Shown: one piece after another, positions 18,749 to 27,085 of the stretch | How positions within the stretch are numbered: position 1 is the first letter of the stretch | Layout: each line of letters starts with the position of its first letter | NCBI GenBank assembly: GCA_038217285.1 | Contig: JBBQPO010000050.1 | Coordinates: 1 to 27,085 of the forward strand | Direction of reading: 5' to 3' | Length of the DNA: 27,085 bases | Origin: Chthonomonadales bacterium | GTDB lineage: Bacteria; Armatimonadota; Chthonomonadetes; Chthonomonadales; Chthonomonadaceae | The notes under the pieces: model-generated | The model's database searches: none | Seen by the model: the letters and a program-made list of their open reading frames with translations, nothing else | Told to the model about the DNA's origin: nothing | Program-made: the position numbers and the translations under genes

Positions 18749-19687
18749 TTAAACCTTCGGGGTGTCGGTTTCGACGCCGTAGGTGCCATCGGGAAGGGCG
18801 GTGACGCGGTAGTCGCCAAACAGAATCGGGTCTACGGTGCGCAGACAGAGGAAGGCGCGGAATGCGAGCGCACGGATCTCGGTTTCGGCGTGGGGGTTGG
18901 CCCGCATTTCGAGAATGTGCCGCCAGGCACGGGCGTTGGCCGTGATGACCAGCGGGGCCTCGGTTTCGTTGGGCAGTACACTGCGCGCCGCCTGTTGTAC
19001 CTTTTTGCGCAGGTCGGTGCGAGCGTCGGCGGAGAGGATCTCCGAACCGGATTTCTGCAGCTCCAGCAGCCTATCCGCGATTCGATTGTAGTCGGCGGCG
19101 GCGGCATCGATTCGGCGTTCGAAGGCGGAATGAAGGTCCGTATCGTCCTGATACTCCGGGCGTTCGACAAAACGCAACACCCGCCCAGACACGTAGCGCT
19201 GGGAAACCTGGGAGACGCCCACTCCGGCCCTATGGCGCACCAACTCGTGCGTGACGCTGCGACTGATGCCATAGAACAGAAAGGTAAAGTTGGCGTGCTC
19301 GAGGACGCTGCCGTGCCCGTGCTCACGGATATTGGCGAAGTAGCGTTCAGCATCGGCGTTCATCGTACGTTTGGGAGCAAACGAGGCGTAGCAAAGCTGC
19401 CCTGCCGCCTTGCAGATCTCGGCCCCCGGCGGCAGCGGGGTGGGGTCGTCGAGATACTGCATGAAATGGAGTTCCGAGGCGAACCCGCCCAGAAAGTCGG
19501 CGATATTTCCGACGTTGACCTGCGGCTTCGCGATCAGGGCCACGCCGGGTGCCTGAAGATAGGGCGTGCCGTGCGGAGTAAAAGCCGCCGGAGACGGGAT
19601 GGACGGATACCCCGTATCCACACCTGCCACCCATTCTCGCAACTCCTCGAACGTATCGCCAGCCCGCTGTTTTTCCGTATCCGTCAT
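18749..19687 (-). CDS. thyX: FAD-dependent thymidylate synthase
   Basis: GHGSVLEH, ISRSVTHELVRHR....SQVSQRY, ARSVLPN, NARAWRH..MR...HAETEIR. ATG 19687 after AGGAGG. Confidence 0.95.
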   Translation of the reverse strand: MTDTEKQRAGDTFEELREWVAGVDTGYPSIPSPAAFTPHGTPYLQAPGVALIAKPQVNVGNIADFLGGFASELHFMQYLDDPTPLPPGAEICKAAGQLCYASFAPKRTMNADAERYFANIREHGHGSVLEHANFTFLFYGISRSVTHELVRHRAGVGVSQVSQRYVSGRVLRFVERPEYQDDTDLHSAFERRIDAAAADYNRIADRLLELQKSGSEILSADARTDLRKKVQQAARSVLPNETEAPLVITANARAWRHILEMRANPHAETEIRALAFRAFLCLRTVDPILFGDYRVTALPDGTYGVETDTPKV

Positions 19688-19750
19688 CGCATTTTCCCTC
19701 CTGAGCAGACACACATTGTACCCCATTTCCCCGAATGCTTCTCCGATGAA

Positions 19751-20785
19751 TCAGCCGAGCTTCCTCCGCAGAAAGTCGAATGCGCCGACGCCGTGAAACC
19801 GGTGTCCGCCCTCAAAAATCTCCGAGCCGAACCGGTCTGGGCGACCGAAAACCCGATAGGTATCTTGTGCCTGCTCGACCGCCTCACGGAACGCGCCTAT
19901 AGGGAAGATAGGGTCGGTGTCTCCCGTGACGGCGAAGAGGGCGCGAGGGGCGACAAGCGCCGCCAGATCGGGCATTTCGCAGAGGTGTAACAGACCGGGA
20001 ACGTAGTTGTCCACGCAGTGATCAATCGAGAGCACGGAGGCGGTAAAGGTGTTGAAGTAACTGCTGACCACGCAGGCCGTAAGGCGGGAATCTAGCGCGG
20101 CAGTAAACAGCGAGACCAGCCCGCCGCCGGAGATACCCATGATGGCGAGATGGGCGGGATCGACGCACTCCGTGCGGGTCTGCAGGTAGTCCAGAGCGCG
20201 CATGGCGTCCCACACGCGCCAGCCGGACATCGTTTCGCCCAACATCAGGGCCGCCGTGCTGTCGCGCCCGCAGGACGATGCAGCGGGGCCGGATCGACGG
20301 GCCGCCGCGTCCCTCCGTCTGCCGAAACCGGTGATCTCCAGCGCGAAAGTCGGATACCCTTCCCGAACGCACTGAAGCGCGAAGTCATCCGCGTAGGCTT
20401 CTGCCGCAAGTCCGCACATGCCGTCCACGCCTACGCCATGACCGGGAATACAGAGTACCGCAGGTTGGGGCGAAGACGCAGCGCTATCGGGAACCAGAAA
20501 GTAGCCGAATGCGTGGAGGCCAGGTCGGGTCGTGAATGTCACGGTTTCCCGGCGGTAACCGTCGCACTTCACGACATCGGAAACCACCGGGTCGAGTGGG
20601 CAGCGTTCCCACTGCGCAAGGTTGCCAAGCAGCGCTGCAAATTTTGCGCGGAACTCCGCCTGCCACACCGTCCGCTGAGCATTACTCATCTGCGCGACCC
20701 CTGCCCGGGACCACGCGTTTTCTGCCAGTGTGGCGGCGATTCTGTCGCGCCGATAGATCTCCGTATCGAACATCGTGTTGTCCAA
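19751..20785 (-). CDS. Alpha/beta hydrolase (dienelactone hydrolase / acetylxylan-esterase-like)
   Basis: PAVLCIPGHG, nucleophile elbow GISGGG, GDTDPIFP (Asp), GGHRF (His). TTG start with GGAGG 7 nt upstream. Confidence 0.88.
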   Translation of the reverse strand: MDNTMFDTEIYRRDRIAATLAENAWSRAGVAQMSNAQRTVWQAEFRAKFAALLGNLAQWERCPLDPVVSDVVKCDGYRRETVTFTTRPGLHAFGYFLVPDSAASSPQPAVLCIPGHGVGVDGMCGLAAEAYADDFALQCVREGYPTFALEITGFGRRRDAAARRSGPAASSCGRDSTAALMLGETMSGWRVWDAMRALDYLQTRTECVDPAHLAIMGISGGGLVSLFTAALDSRLTACVVSSYFNTFTASVLSIDHCVDNYVPGLLHLCEMPDLAALVAPRALFAVTGDTDPIFPIGAFREAVEQAQDTYRVFGRPDRFGSEIFEGGHRFHGVGAFDFLRRKLG

Positions 20786-20933
20786 GGCTTTTCCTCCAGT
20801 AAGGCGATAGACTCGTATGCTTCGACATCGGGAGGTGCGAATACTGCTGGCCAGACATGCCGATCCGAATCGTAAGGATCAGGCCTGCCTTTGTGCGGTT
20901 TACGCCATGCTGTGACCACGCGATGGCCAGCGC

Positions 20934-23291
20934 CTATTTTGCTGCTGCCGTGATACCCTGCGGTTTTTTCTTTTTCTCGAACGTCATCACGACCGCGTCG
21001 TCTGATGTCGTGAAGTCGCGGCCGTGCAGAGTGCCGTGGATACGGATCGTATCGCAGAGCAGCCTGGCTGTCCCATTCGCGAGCTCCATCTCCCACGTTC
21101 CGGCAATCATGTCCACGGTGAGCAGGGGATCGCCAAGCGGCATCGGCTTGCCGTTCACGCGCTGGGCTCCGATCCAGACCTTGGTCGGGGAGAGGCTGCT
21201 GCTGCCGAAGGTCCAGACTGGGCCGGTTCCAGGCGTGGTTAGCTGCCAGGGCGCGGGCGCATCTTTCGGGGCGCGTTCCAGCAGTTCGTCGGAGTTCTCG
21301 GCGCGAGTTACCATTTTGACGATACGGTGTTTGGAACGCGACAGCGGCAGACCATCGAGCGAATAGGCGATGATCGTGGCGAAACGGTTGGGAGTGGAGA
21401 CGTGGAGGCACCCGATCTCATAGAGATGTCCCGGCTCCAGTTCTCCGGAAAGAATGGCCAGGGTCGGTGTGCTGACTTCCAGCCGACCCTCGTGGTCGTA
21501 GCGGGTGATCTGGCCGGTATCGCTGCGCCAGATGCCTGTCGCTAACGATTTCTCGCTGATCGGCAATCCCCGTTTGCCATAGTAGTTCAGCAGATCGCGT
21601 AGAGACTGCACATCGGCAAGGGTGCCGGTAGGTGTCTGCGCCGAGGCGTCCGCGCGCGCGCCTGCCAGCACACTCCTCACGCCGACGGACCAGGAGGCGC
21701 GATGGAGTTCGCTCAGGTGCGAGGGCCAGTCGTAGAGACGCGACGGGGGATAGACAAGCGTTGCCGAATGGTCGGCGGAGCGTATAGAATGGCTGAGAAA
21801 CGCCTGACCTGCGATCGCATGCAGTCCCCAGACCGTCGGATCCGCCTGAAACGCGTAGTCGTTCAGGGCATCGGCCTCGGCTCCGTTTGGAGCGCGATTG
21901 GTCTGGTAGCCGAAGAGCAGCACGGCATCGAAGTCCTGCAACGAGGCATACGCCAGCATCTCGGCCTCGCTGACGGCACGGTAGCGGTTCGGCCAGATCG
22001 TTCCCCACTCGCGAATGACGACCGGCTTACTGTTCCAGCGGAGATTGGCGGTAAACGGCGCGACTCCGAAGGGACCGTCCTCCCGCAGCGGATTGCGATT
22101 GCTGTAGAAGCGCATGCCGGGCGATCTGGGATCGTCCTTGATCGTATCGCCGTACCAGTTTTCCGCCGTGAAGTCGCACTCTTGCGCCACAGACCAGACG
22201 TCCGGAGCCACATCGTTCGAGACGACGGCGGTCACCGGAATCTTCAGGCCCAGGGAGTGCAGGTGATCGCGCATGGTGCGAAGATAGGCGCGCTGCAGTT
22301 CGGTAAGGAACTGCACTCCGTCGTGGAGGCGAAGCGGAGCGCGGCGTATGTCGGCGGCAGCGGGATCGACCGCGGCATAGGATCTTGTCAGCACGGGCAG
22401 ATCCACGCTCAGATGTTCGGGGTCTTCCTCATCGCGCAGCACCGTAAAGCCGTTTACGTCGCCCCAGGCCGCCTGGAGCTTTTCGCGGGTTCCATAGTGA
22501 TCGCGCAGCCATCGATTCCAGCGGTTCCGGAGATCGGAGCGGTATGGCTCGACCAGCGTCTCCAGCTTTTCCGGATAGAGGAAAAAACCGTGTTCGTTAC
22601 AGATCTCGACCATGGCGAGCGCCGGGTCGTCGACAGGAGCAAGGCCGGAGTACGGGTTACGATGCATCAGGAGACGCGTCGCATAGTCCTTCTGTAACTG
22701 GATAAGATAGTCGTCGTAGAGGGCGTACGGGCGTGCGCCACGATCCATCGCATCTGCGTTAAGGACGTTGTCGCCGGATTTGAATGTGCGGAAGTCGAGC
22801 AGATCGAGGTAGTAGTAGATGCCATGACGCCGTAGCGAGTCCATCCAATGGTCGAGCCGGTCCAGATAACGCCGGTCGAAGTGAAGGGAGTCGGGCGCAT
22901 CTACCTTGCCGAGCAAGCAGTTACGGTTGTCGATCGCTTCCAGTCGGACCATGTTCAGTCCGGCGCGGGCGAAGTTATCGACGATCGTTTCGATCTGTTC
23001 CGGTGGAATATCAAGTCGCGTGGAGGAGACATTGATGCCCCAGAAGCGCGCCCGTTTGCCGTCCGCGAAATAGAAATGCCCGTTGTCGCTTGTCGTCACA
23101 AAGCCGTGTCGGCCGGCAGGCACATCGAGGGTGCCGCGCAGGTCAAGCTGGCTTGACGGTGGAAAGGAGAAGTCGCTGCGCCCACGGCTCGGCCCATCGG
23201 CGCGGGCAGAGGGTAGGGGAGCGAATGCAATCAGAGTAAAGATAAGAGCAGACGTGCGGCACAGAGCTGTGACAGAGATAGTAGCAAGCAA
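20934..23291 (-). CDS. Secreted clan GH-A glycoside hydrolase (GH5-like, with a GH42-like segment), ~785 aa
   Basis: Probable TTG start at 23291 (GAGGA upstream) with signal peptide ...PSARA. Motifs RFWGIN, GLNMVRL, GIYYYLDL, NPYSG...DDPALAMVEICNE (acid/base) and PVVIREW (nucleophile). Confidence 0.75.
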   Translation of the reverse strand: MLATISVTALCRTSALIFTLIAFAPLPSARADGPSRGRSDFSFPPSSQLDLRGTLDVPAGRHGFVTTSDNGHFYFADGKRARFWGINVSSTRLDIPPEQIETIVDNFARAGLNMVRLEAIDNRNCLLGKVDAPDSLHFDRRYLDRLDHWMDSLRRHGIYYYLDLLDFRTFKSGDNVLNADAMDRGARPYALYDDYLIQLQKDYATRLLMHRNPYSGLAPVDDPALAMVEICNEHGFFLYPEKLETLVEPYRSDLRNRWNRWLRDHYGTREKLQAAWGDVNGFTVLRDEEDPEHLSVDLPVLTRSYAAVDPAAADIRRAPLRLHDGVQFLTELQRAYLRTMRDHLHSLGLKIPVTAVVSNDVAPDVWSVAQECDFTAENWYGDTIKDDPRSPGMRFYSNRNPLREDGPFGVAPFTANLRWNSKPVVIREWGTIWPNRYRAVSEAEMLAYASLQDFDAVLLFGYQTNRAPNGAEADALNDYAFQADPTVWGLHAIAGQAFLSHSIRSADHSATLVYPPSRLYDWPSHLSELHRASWSVGVRSVLAGARADASAQTPTGTLADVQSLRDLLNYYGKRGLPISEKSLATGIWRSDTGQITRYDHEGRLEVSTPTLAILSGELEPGHLYEIGCLHVSTPNRFATIIAYSLDGLPLSRSKHRIVKMVTRAENSDELLERAPKDAPAPWQLTTPGTGPVWTFGSSSLSPTKVWIGAQRVNGKPMPLGDPLLTVDMIAGTWEMELANGTARLLCDTIRIHGTLHGRDFTTSDDAVVMTFEKKKKPQGITAAAK

Positions 23292-23328
23292 ACGATTATC
23301 CTCATAACTAGTGGGTTTATCTCTTCTT

Positions 23329-24495
23329 CTACGCAACGCAGACCTTTTGTTCAGCATCGAATCGGTCCAGGCGGAAACGAGAGAGATCGTAGGGCACGGC
23401 ACGATCCGTTACCAGAGCGCTTGCGATCTCACCGAGCAGGGGCGTAAACTTGAAGCCGTGCCCGGAACAGGCGCTGATGAAGGTAACGGCAGGCAGACCC
23501 GGCACGGTGTCGATGACGAAGTCGGCGTCGGGCGTGTTCGAGTAGAGACAGACCTTTGCGTAGACCACACGGTCGCTGAGCCCGTCGAAGCGACGGTGCG
23601 CATAGCGTCGGACGGTGTCGATGTCCGTCTCCGTGACGCCGCGATTCACGGCCTCCGGCGTGGTCGTCTCGCCGCTATCATGCAGCGCCAGTTTGACGCC
23701 CTCCTCCAGGCCCCTGCCAAGGTGCGGAAAACCGTAGGTGTTGGCCACGGCATCGATCCAGACCGGAAGACGGCCTACTTCAAAGTTTTCCGGATGCCGA
23801 TCAGGTTCCAGATGCACATAGGGCTGCCGCGTCACGACCAGCGGAATATGGACGCCCAGCGAGGCCAGCAGCGGCTGCGTCCAGGGGCCGGCAGCGATCA
23901 ACAGGCGATCCGCGCGAAACATCGCTCCGCTCTCTGTGGTGGCGACGACGCCCGCGCCGTCCGCCTCGATACCGGCGACTGTGGTCTCTTCGTGGATCTG
24001 GGCTCCCAGATTCCGTGCAATTTTGACTGCGGTTCGGACGCAACGCGAGGCGTAGGCGAATCCCATGCCCGGCTCGTGGAGAGCGATTTCGTCGGCGTCC
24101 AGACGGAGGGCCGGGAAGTGGCGGGCACGGTCCTGGGGCTTCCAGACCTGATAGGGAAGGTGGTTTGCCTCCAGAGCGGCCCGAGCGGCGGCGATCTGCG
24201 GATGCTTCTGCGGCCCGAAGAAGATTCCGCCACATCGGTTTATGAGCGGCCCTTCCATGCCGTGCCGTGCCGCGAGACCTTCCAGTTCGGACCAGAGTGC
24301 GTAGGAGTCGGTCATGAGCGATGTATAGAGCGGATCCGGGTAGATGCTGCGCACGATGCGGCTATCGCCGAAGGAGCTGCCCTGGTCGTGATCCACGCGA
24401 AATCGTTCGAGCGCTATGACCTCGTGTCCGTCCCGGGCAAGACGCCAGGCAGCCATCGCTCCGACGCCTCCGACACCGACGATCAGCACACGCAC
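23329..24495 (-). CDS. solA: N-methyl-L-tryptophan oxidase / monomeric sarcosine oxidase family flavoprotein
   Basis: GTG start at 24495 after GGGAGG. GVGGVG Rossmann motif, HDQGSSFGDSRIVR, CLYSNTPD (flavinylated Cys position), ACSGHGFKF. Confidence 0.88.
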   Translation of the reverse strand: MRVLIVGVGGVGAMAAWRLARDGHEVIALERFRVDHDQGSSFGDSRIVRSIYPDPLYTSLMTDSYALWSELEGLAARHGMEGPLINRCGGIFFGPQKHPQIAAARAALEANHLPYQVWKPQDRARHFPALRLDADEIALHEPGMGFAYASRCVRTAVKIARNLGAQIHEETTVAGIEADGAGVVATTESGAMFRADRLLIAAGPWTQPLLASLGVHIPLVVTRQPYVHLEPDRHPENFEVGRLPVWIDAVANTYGFPHLGRGLEEGVKLALHDSGETTTPEAVNRGVTETDIDTVRRYAHRRFDGLSDRVVYAKVCLYSNTPDADFVIDTVPGLPAVTFISACSGHGFKFTPLLGEIASALVTDRAVPYDLSRFRLDRFDAEQKVCVA

Positions 24496-24505
24496 GTGAC
24501 CCTCC

Positions 24506-25396
24506 CTATAGATCTCGCTCGACGATGTAGCGGGCGATCGCACGAAGCGGCTCGGCCCGGTCGTCGAAATTCGCGAGCGTATGCAGGGCAGCCTCCACTT
24601 CGGCGTGGGCGCGGCGGCGCGACTCTTCCAGTCCGTAGAGTTTGGGATAGGTCGCCTTGTCGCGCTCTTCGTCGCTGCCGACAGGTTTGCCGATCTTGGC
24701 CTCGTCTCCCGTCACATCGAGAATGTCGTCTGCGATCTGGAAGGCGAGACCGATGTGCGCGCCGTAGGAACGCAAGGCTTCCACCTGGGCGGAGGTCGCT
24801 CCGGCGAGCATCGCTCCGGCCAGCACGGAGGCGGTCAGCAAGGCTCCGGTCTTATGGGCATGGATGTATTGAAGCGTCTCGGTCGTGACTTCCTGCCCTT
24901 GCGACTCCATATCGACGACCTGTCCGCCGACCATCCCCCAGGTGCCCGAGGCCTCCGCGATCAGACGCAGGGTGGGCAGCACGCGCTCGGCGGAAACGGT
25001 GGCGACGTTCTCGGCAATCAGTTGGAAAGCGAGAGCGAGCAGGGCGTCTCCGGCCAGCAGGGCCATGGCATCGCCATAGACCTTATGATTGGTCAGACGC
25101 CCGCGTCGGTAGTCGTCGTTGTCCATGCAGGGCAGGTCGTCGTGTATCAGGCTGAAGACATGGATGCATTCCAGGGCGCAGGCGGTCGGCATGACATCCT
25201 CATCGGCCCCACCGACGGCCTCAGCGGCGGCCAGTGTCAGCGTCGGGCGCAGGCGCTTACCGGGGGAGAGGACGCTATAACGGAGGGAACTGTGGAGCGT
25301 ATGTGGGCGGGCGTCCGTGGGCGGCAGATAGCGGTGGAGAGCCGCCTCGATACGGGATCGGCGCTCTTCCAGATAGGCTTTCAGGTCAAAAGTCAA
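24506..25396 (-). CDS. ispA: Polyprenyl (farnesyl/geranylgeranyl) diphosphate synthase
   Basis: GKRLRP, FARM DDLPCMDNDDYRRG, GMVGGQVVD, KTGAL, SARM FQIADDILD, GKPVGSD...KATY. TTG start with GGGAG upstream. Confidence 0.93.
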   Translation of the reverse strand: MTFDLKAYLEERRSRIEAALHRYLPPTDARPHTLHSSLRYSVLSPGKRLRPTLTLAAAEAVGGADEDVMPTACALECIHVFSLIHDDLPCMDNDDYRRGRLTNHKVYGDAMALLAGDALLALAFQLIAENVATVSAERVLPTLRLIAEASGTWGMVGGQVVDMESQGQEVTTETLQYIHAHKTGALLTASVLAGAMLAGATSAQVEALRSYGAHIGLAFQIADDILDVTGDEAKIGKPVGSDEERDKATYPKLYGLEESRRRAHAEVEAALHTLANFDDRAEPLRAIARYIVERDL

Positions 25397-26039
25397 CGTT
25401 GTCTCCCACCGGCGCGGTCAGCGTTTCGAGGACCGCCCGGACCGCCGCACAGTGCTGTTGAAAGGTAAAGGTGGCGCGCGGCGCCGCTTCCGTTGCGAAG
25501 GTCGTAGGGTCGGCAGGGATATGCAGAAATCCGGCCCGCGCCGGGTGGTTTTGCGCCTGAAGATGGTGCAGCGTCCAGTAGAGGAGATGGTTGCACAGGT
25601 AGTCGCCGGCGCTGCTCGACGCGACCACCGGCAGGTCGGCCGCTTCCAGAGCCTGCACGAGATCACCTACCGAGACGGTGACCGGTAGTGTGTCCGGAGC
25701 GTCGGCGACAATGACCTCGGTCGTCCATAAGCGATTTTCACTGTCCGCGACCGCAGTCGTGCTTTGGTTCCGACCTACGCTTTCCACGCTCCAGAAAGGC
25801 CGGTTCGACGCGACGCCCAGCATAAGGATGATGTCGAACGATGTTCCGTTCGCACCGCCGGCTTCGATGGCCTCCTGTACTATTCGGGTCGATTCTCGAA
25901 AGGAGACCGGCAGGACGCGGGTCGTGAGCGTGTGCCCTCGTACGGGATCGGCGTCGAAATGCCGCGCCAGTCGTTCCGATGGATTGCTGACAACCGATAG
26001 GAACGGTCCAAAGCCGGTTAGCAGGGTTTGCAGAACGAT
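25386..26039 (-). CDS. pcp: Pyroglutamyl-peptidase I (peptidase C15), ~217 aa; putative ATC start
   Basis: Extending the track ORF upstream in frame gives IVLQTLLTGFGPFLSVVSNPSE...LPVSF, the conserved C15 N-terminus. Catalytic triad: E (WSVE), C (AGDYLCN), H (GFLHIP). No canonical in-frame start; GGGAGG lies 8 nt before ATC 26039. Confidence 0.85.
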   Translation of the reverse strand: MVLQTLLTGFGPFLSVVSNPSERLARHFDADPVRGHTLTTRVLPVSFRESTRIVQEAIEAGGANGTSFDIILMLGVASNRPFWSVESVGRNQSTTAVADSENRLWTTEVIVADAPDTLPVTVSVGDLVQALEAADLPVVASSSAGDYLCNHLLYWTLHHLQAQNHPARAGFLHIPADPTTFATEAAPRATFTFQQHCAAVRAVLETLTAPVGDNVDF

Positions 26040-26095
26040 TGCGAAAGCCTCCCGAAGCGCAACGTAGCCACGATATGCTGTACACTTCCGGAAGT

Positions 26096-26124
26096 AGTGT
26101 ATCGCTTTCTGACGCCAGTGTCAA
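26096..26124 (-). promoter_or_regulatory. sigma70 promoter for the pcp-ispA-solA operon
   Basis: Minus strand TTGACA-N17-TACACT. Confidence 0.75.
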
Positions 26125-26162
26125 GTTAAAAGGGCCATAGGTCCAGATCGAGCAGGCGATTT

Positions 26163-26780
26163 TCATTGGACTTGCGCGTCGGGATGGGAAAGTAGTACTG
26201 GTGCCGAAGGGAACTCTACAAACTCATATATTTCGGCCAACGACACGTCGATGCCGAGCGCATTTATGGTCAGGCTGGAGTCTAAGCTGGTTCGCACCGT
26301 AAGCAGCCACGTGCCGTCCTCGTGGCGGTGGAAATGTTCGACCTGGGGCGATCTTGTGGAGATCATGACGTAGTCATGCAGAGAAGGAATCTGACGGTAA
26401 TGCGCAAATTTGTCACCGCGATCGTAGGCTTCCGTCGATGCTGACAGGACTTCGACAATCAGGGTTGGGCTGAGGAGAGTAACCGACTTTTTTCTGCAGT
26501 CCAACTGCATCTGTCCGCACACCACAACGGCATCCGGATAGGTATAGAGGCCGGTTTCGCTCACTTTCACACGCATCTCGCTGGTGAAGACACGGCAGGC
26601 GCCACCTCTCAGCCTGTTGCCTAGAGCGAGGCTCAGGTTTTGGATAATCGTGACATGTTCGAGCGAGCCTCCTGTCATGGCGTAGATGCGCCCGTGGAAG
26701 AATTCGTGCTTTTCCTGTTCGTCTTCTTCCCAGTCCAGGTATTCTTCAGGCGAAAGAAATTTATCCGCTGTTTGAACCAC
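26163..26780 (-). CDS. Uma2 / DUF820 family putative restriction-endonuclease-fold protein
   Basis: LSPEEYL..E....KHEF..G.IYAMTGGS..H, YTYPD.VV, PTLIVEVLSAST.AYDRGDKF..YR.IPSL. GTG start with GGAGG. Confidence 0.92.
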   Translation of the reverse strand: MVQTADKFLSPEEYLDWEEDEQEKHEFFHGRIYAMTGGSLEHVTIIQNLSLALGNRLRGGACRVFTSEMRVKVSETGLYTYPDAVVVCGQMQLDCRKKSVTLLSPTLIVEVLSASTEAYDRGDKFAHYRQIPSLHDYVMISTRSPQVEHFHRHEDGTWLLTVRTSLDSSLTINALGIDVSLAEIYEFVEFPSAPVLLSHPDAQVQ

Positions 26781-26967
26781 GGTGATCCTCCGTTCTCGAA
26801 CTTCTGTATAGTTTACCTCTGGAAATCTGATCCTTCTTCATACGGCAAATAAAACCGCCGGTATCGGGTACAATGAAAAGGTTTTTGCATTTGCGTTTCT
26901 CCCCTGAAATGATCTATTCCATACCGTCAGCGCAACGACGCGACATAAGAAGAAGGAGCCTCACCCC

Positions 26968-27085
26968 ATGTCCAAACGTGTCTATCTCTTTGAAGAGGGA
27001 GACAGATCTATGCGCGACCTCCTCGGAGGCAAAGGCGCCAATCTGTGCGAGATGACCAATATCGGTCTGCCTGTCCCGCCCGGAT
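26968..27085 (+). CDS. ppdK: Pyruvate, phosphate dikinase (5' fragment, runs off the window)
   Basis: Not in the ORF track. ATG 26968 after AAGGAG translates [39 protein letters not shown], the hallmark PPDK N-terminus. Confidence 0.93.
   Translation, partial: MSKRVYLFEEGDRSMRDLLGGKGANLCEMTNIGLPVPPG

Noticed and set aside
26163-26780. Uma2 gene as part of a defence island or mobile element
   Set aside because: A solitary gene with no methylase, integrase or terminal repeats. The family is commonly dispersed in multiple copies.

Overview
GC-rich bacterial chromosomal window. The gene style suggests Armatimonadota, but that is an unverified impression. From left to right: a tandem array of 41-bp GTAG-type REP-like units; a minus-strand cell-surface cluster (lipoprotein, ~1085-aa secreted protein with an apparently dead gluzincin-like motif and FlgD-like C-terminus, second lipoprotein); and a signalling module (cytoplasmic multi-GAF/PAS kinase, an NtrC-type sigma54 activator with no HTH, and a single-domain receiver behind a consensus sigma54 promoter). 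A plus-strand housekeeping run follows: orphan MsmX/MalK-type ATPase, rpsF-ssb-rpsR with a structured leader, PGI/PMI, ECF sigma/anti-sigma, rnz and serS. Then comes a minus-strand run (Uma2 nuclease, pcp, ispA, solA, clan GH-A glycosidase, alpha/beta hydrolase, thyX) and the 5' end of ppdK. The main observations are: (1) two unrelated genes whose conserved N-termini have no ATG/GTG/TTG start but share the layout GGAGG-N8-ATC, suggesting AUC initiation; (2) a possible enhancer-independent sigma54 circuit with a receiver that mimics the activator's kinase-docking helix; (3) a surface cluster with a candidate pseudo-peptidase and recurring [T/S/G]-R-A linker motifs. No CRISPR array, tRNA, rRNA or transposase was seen.
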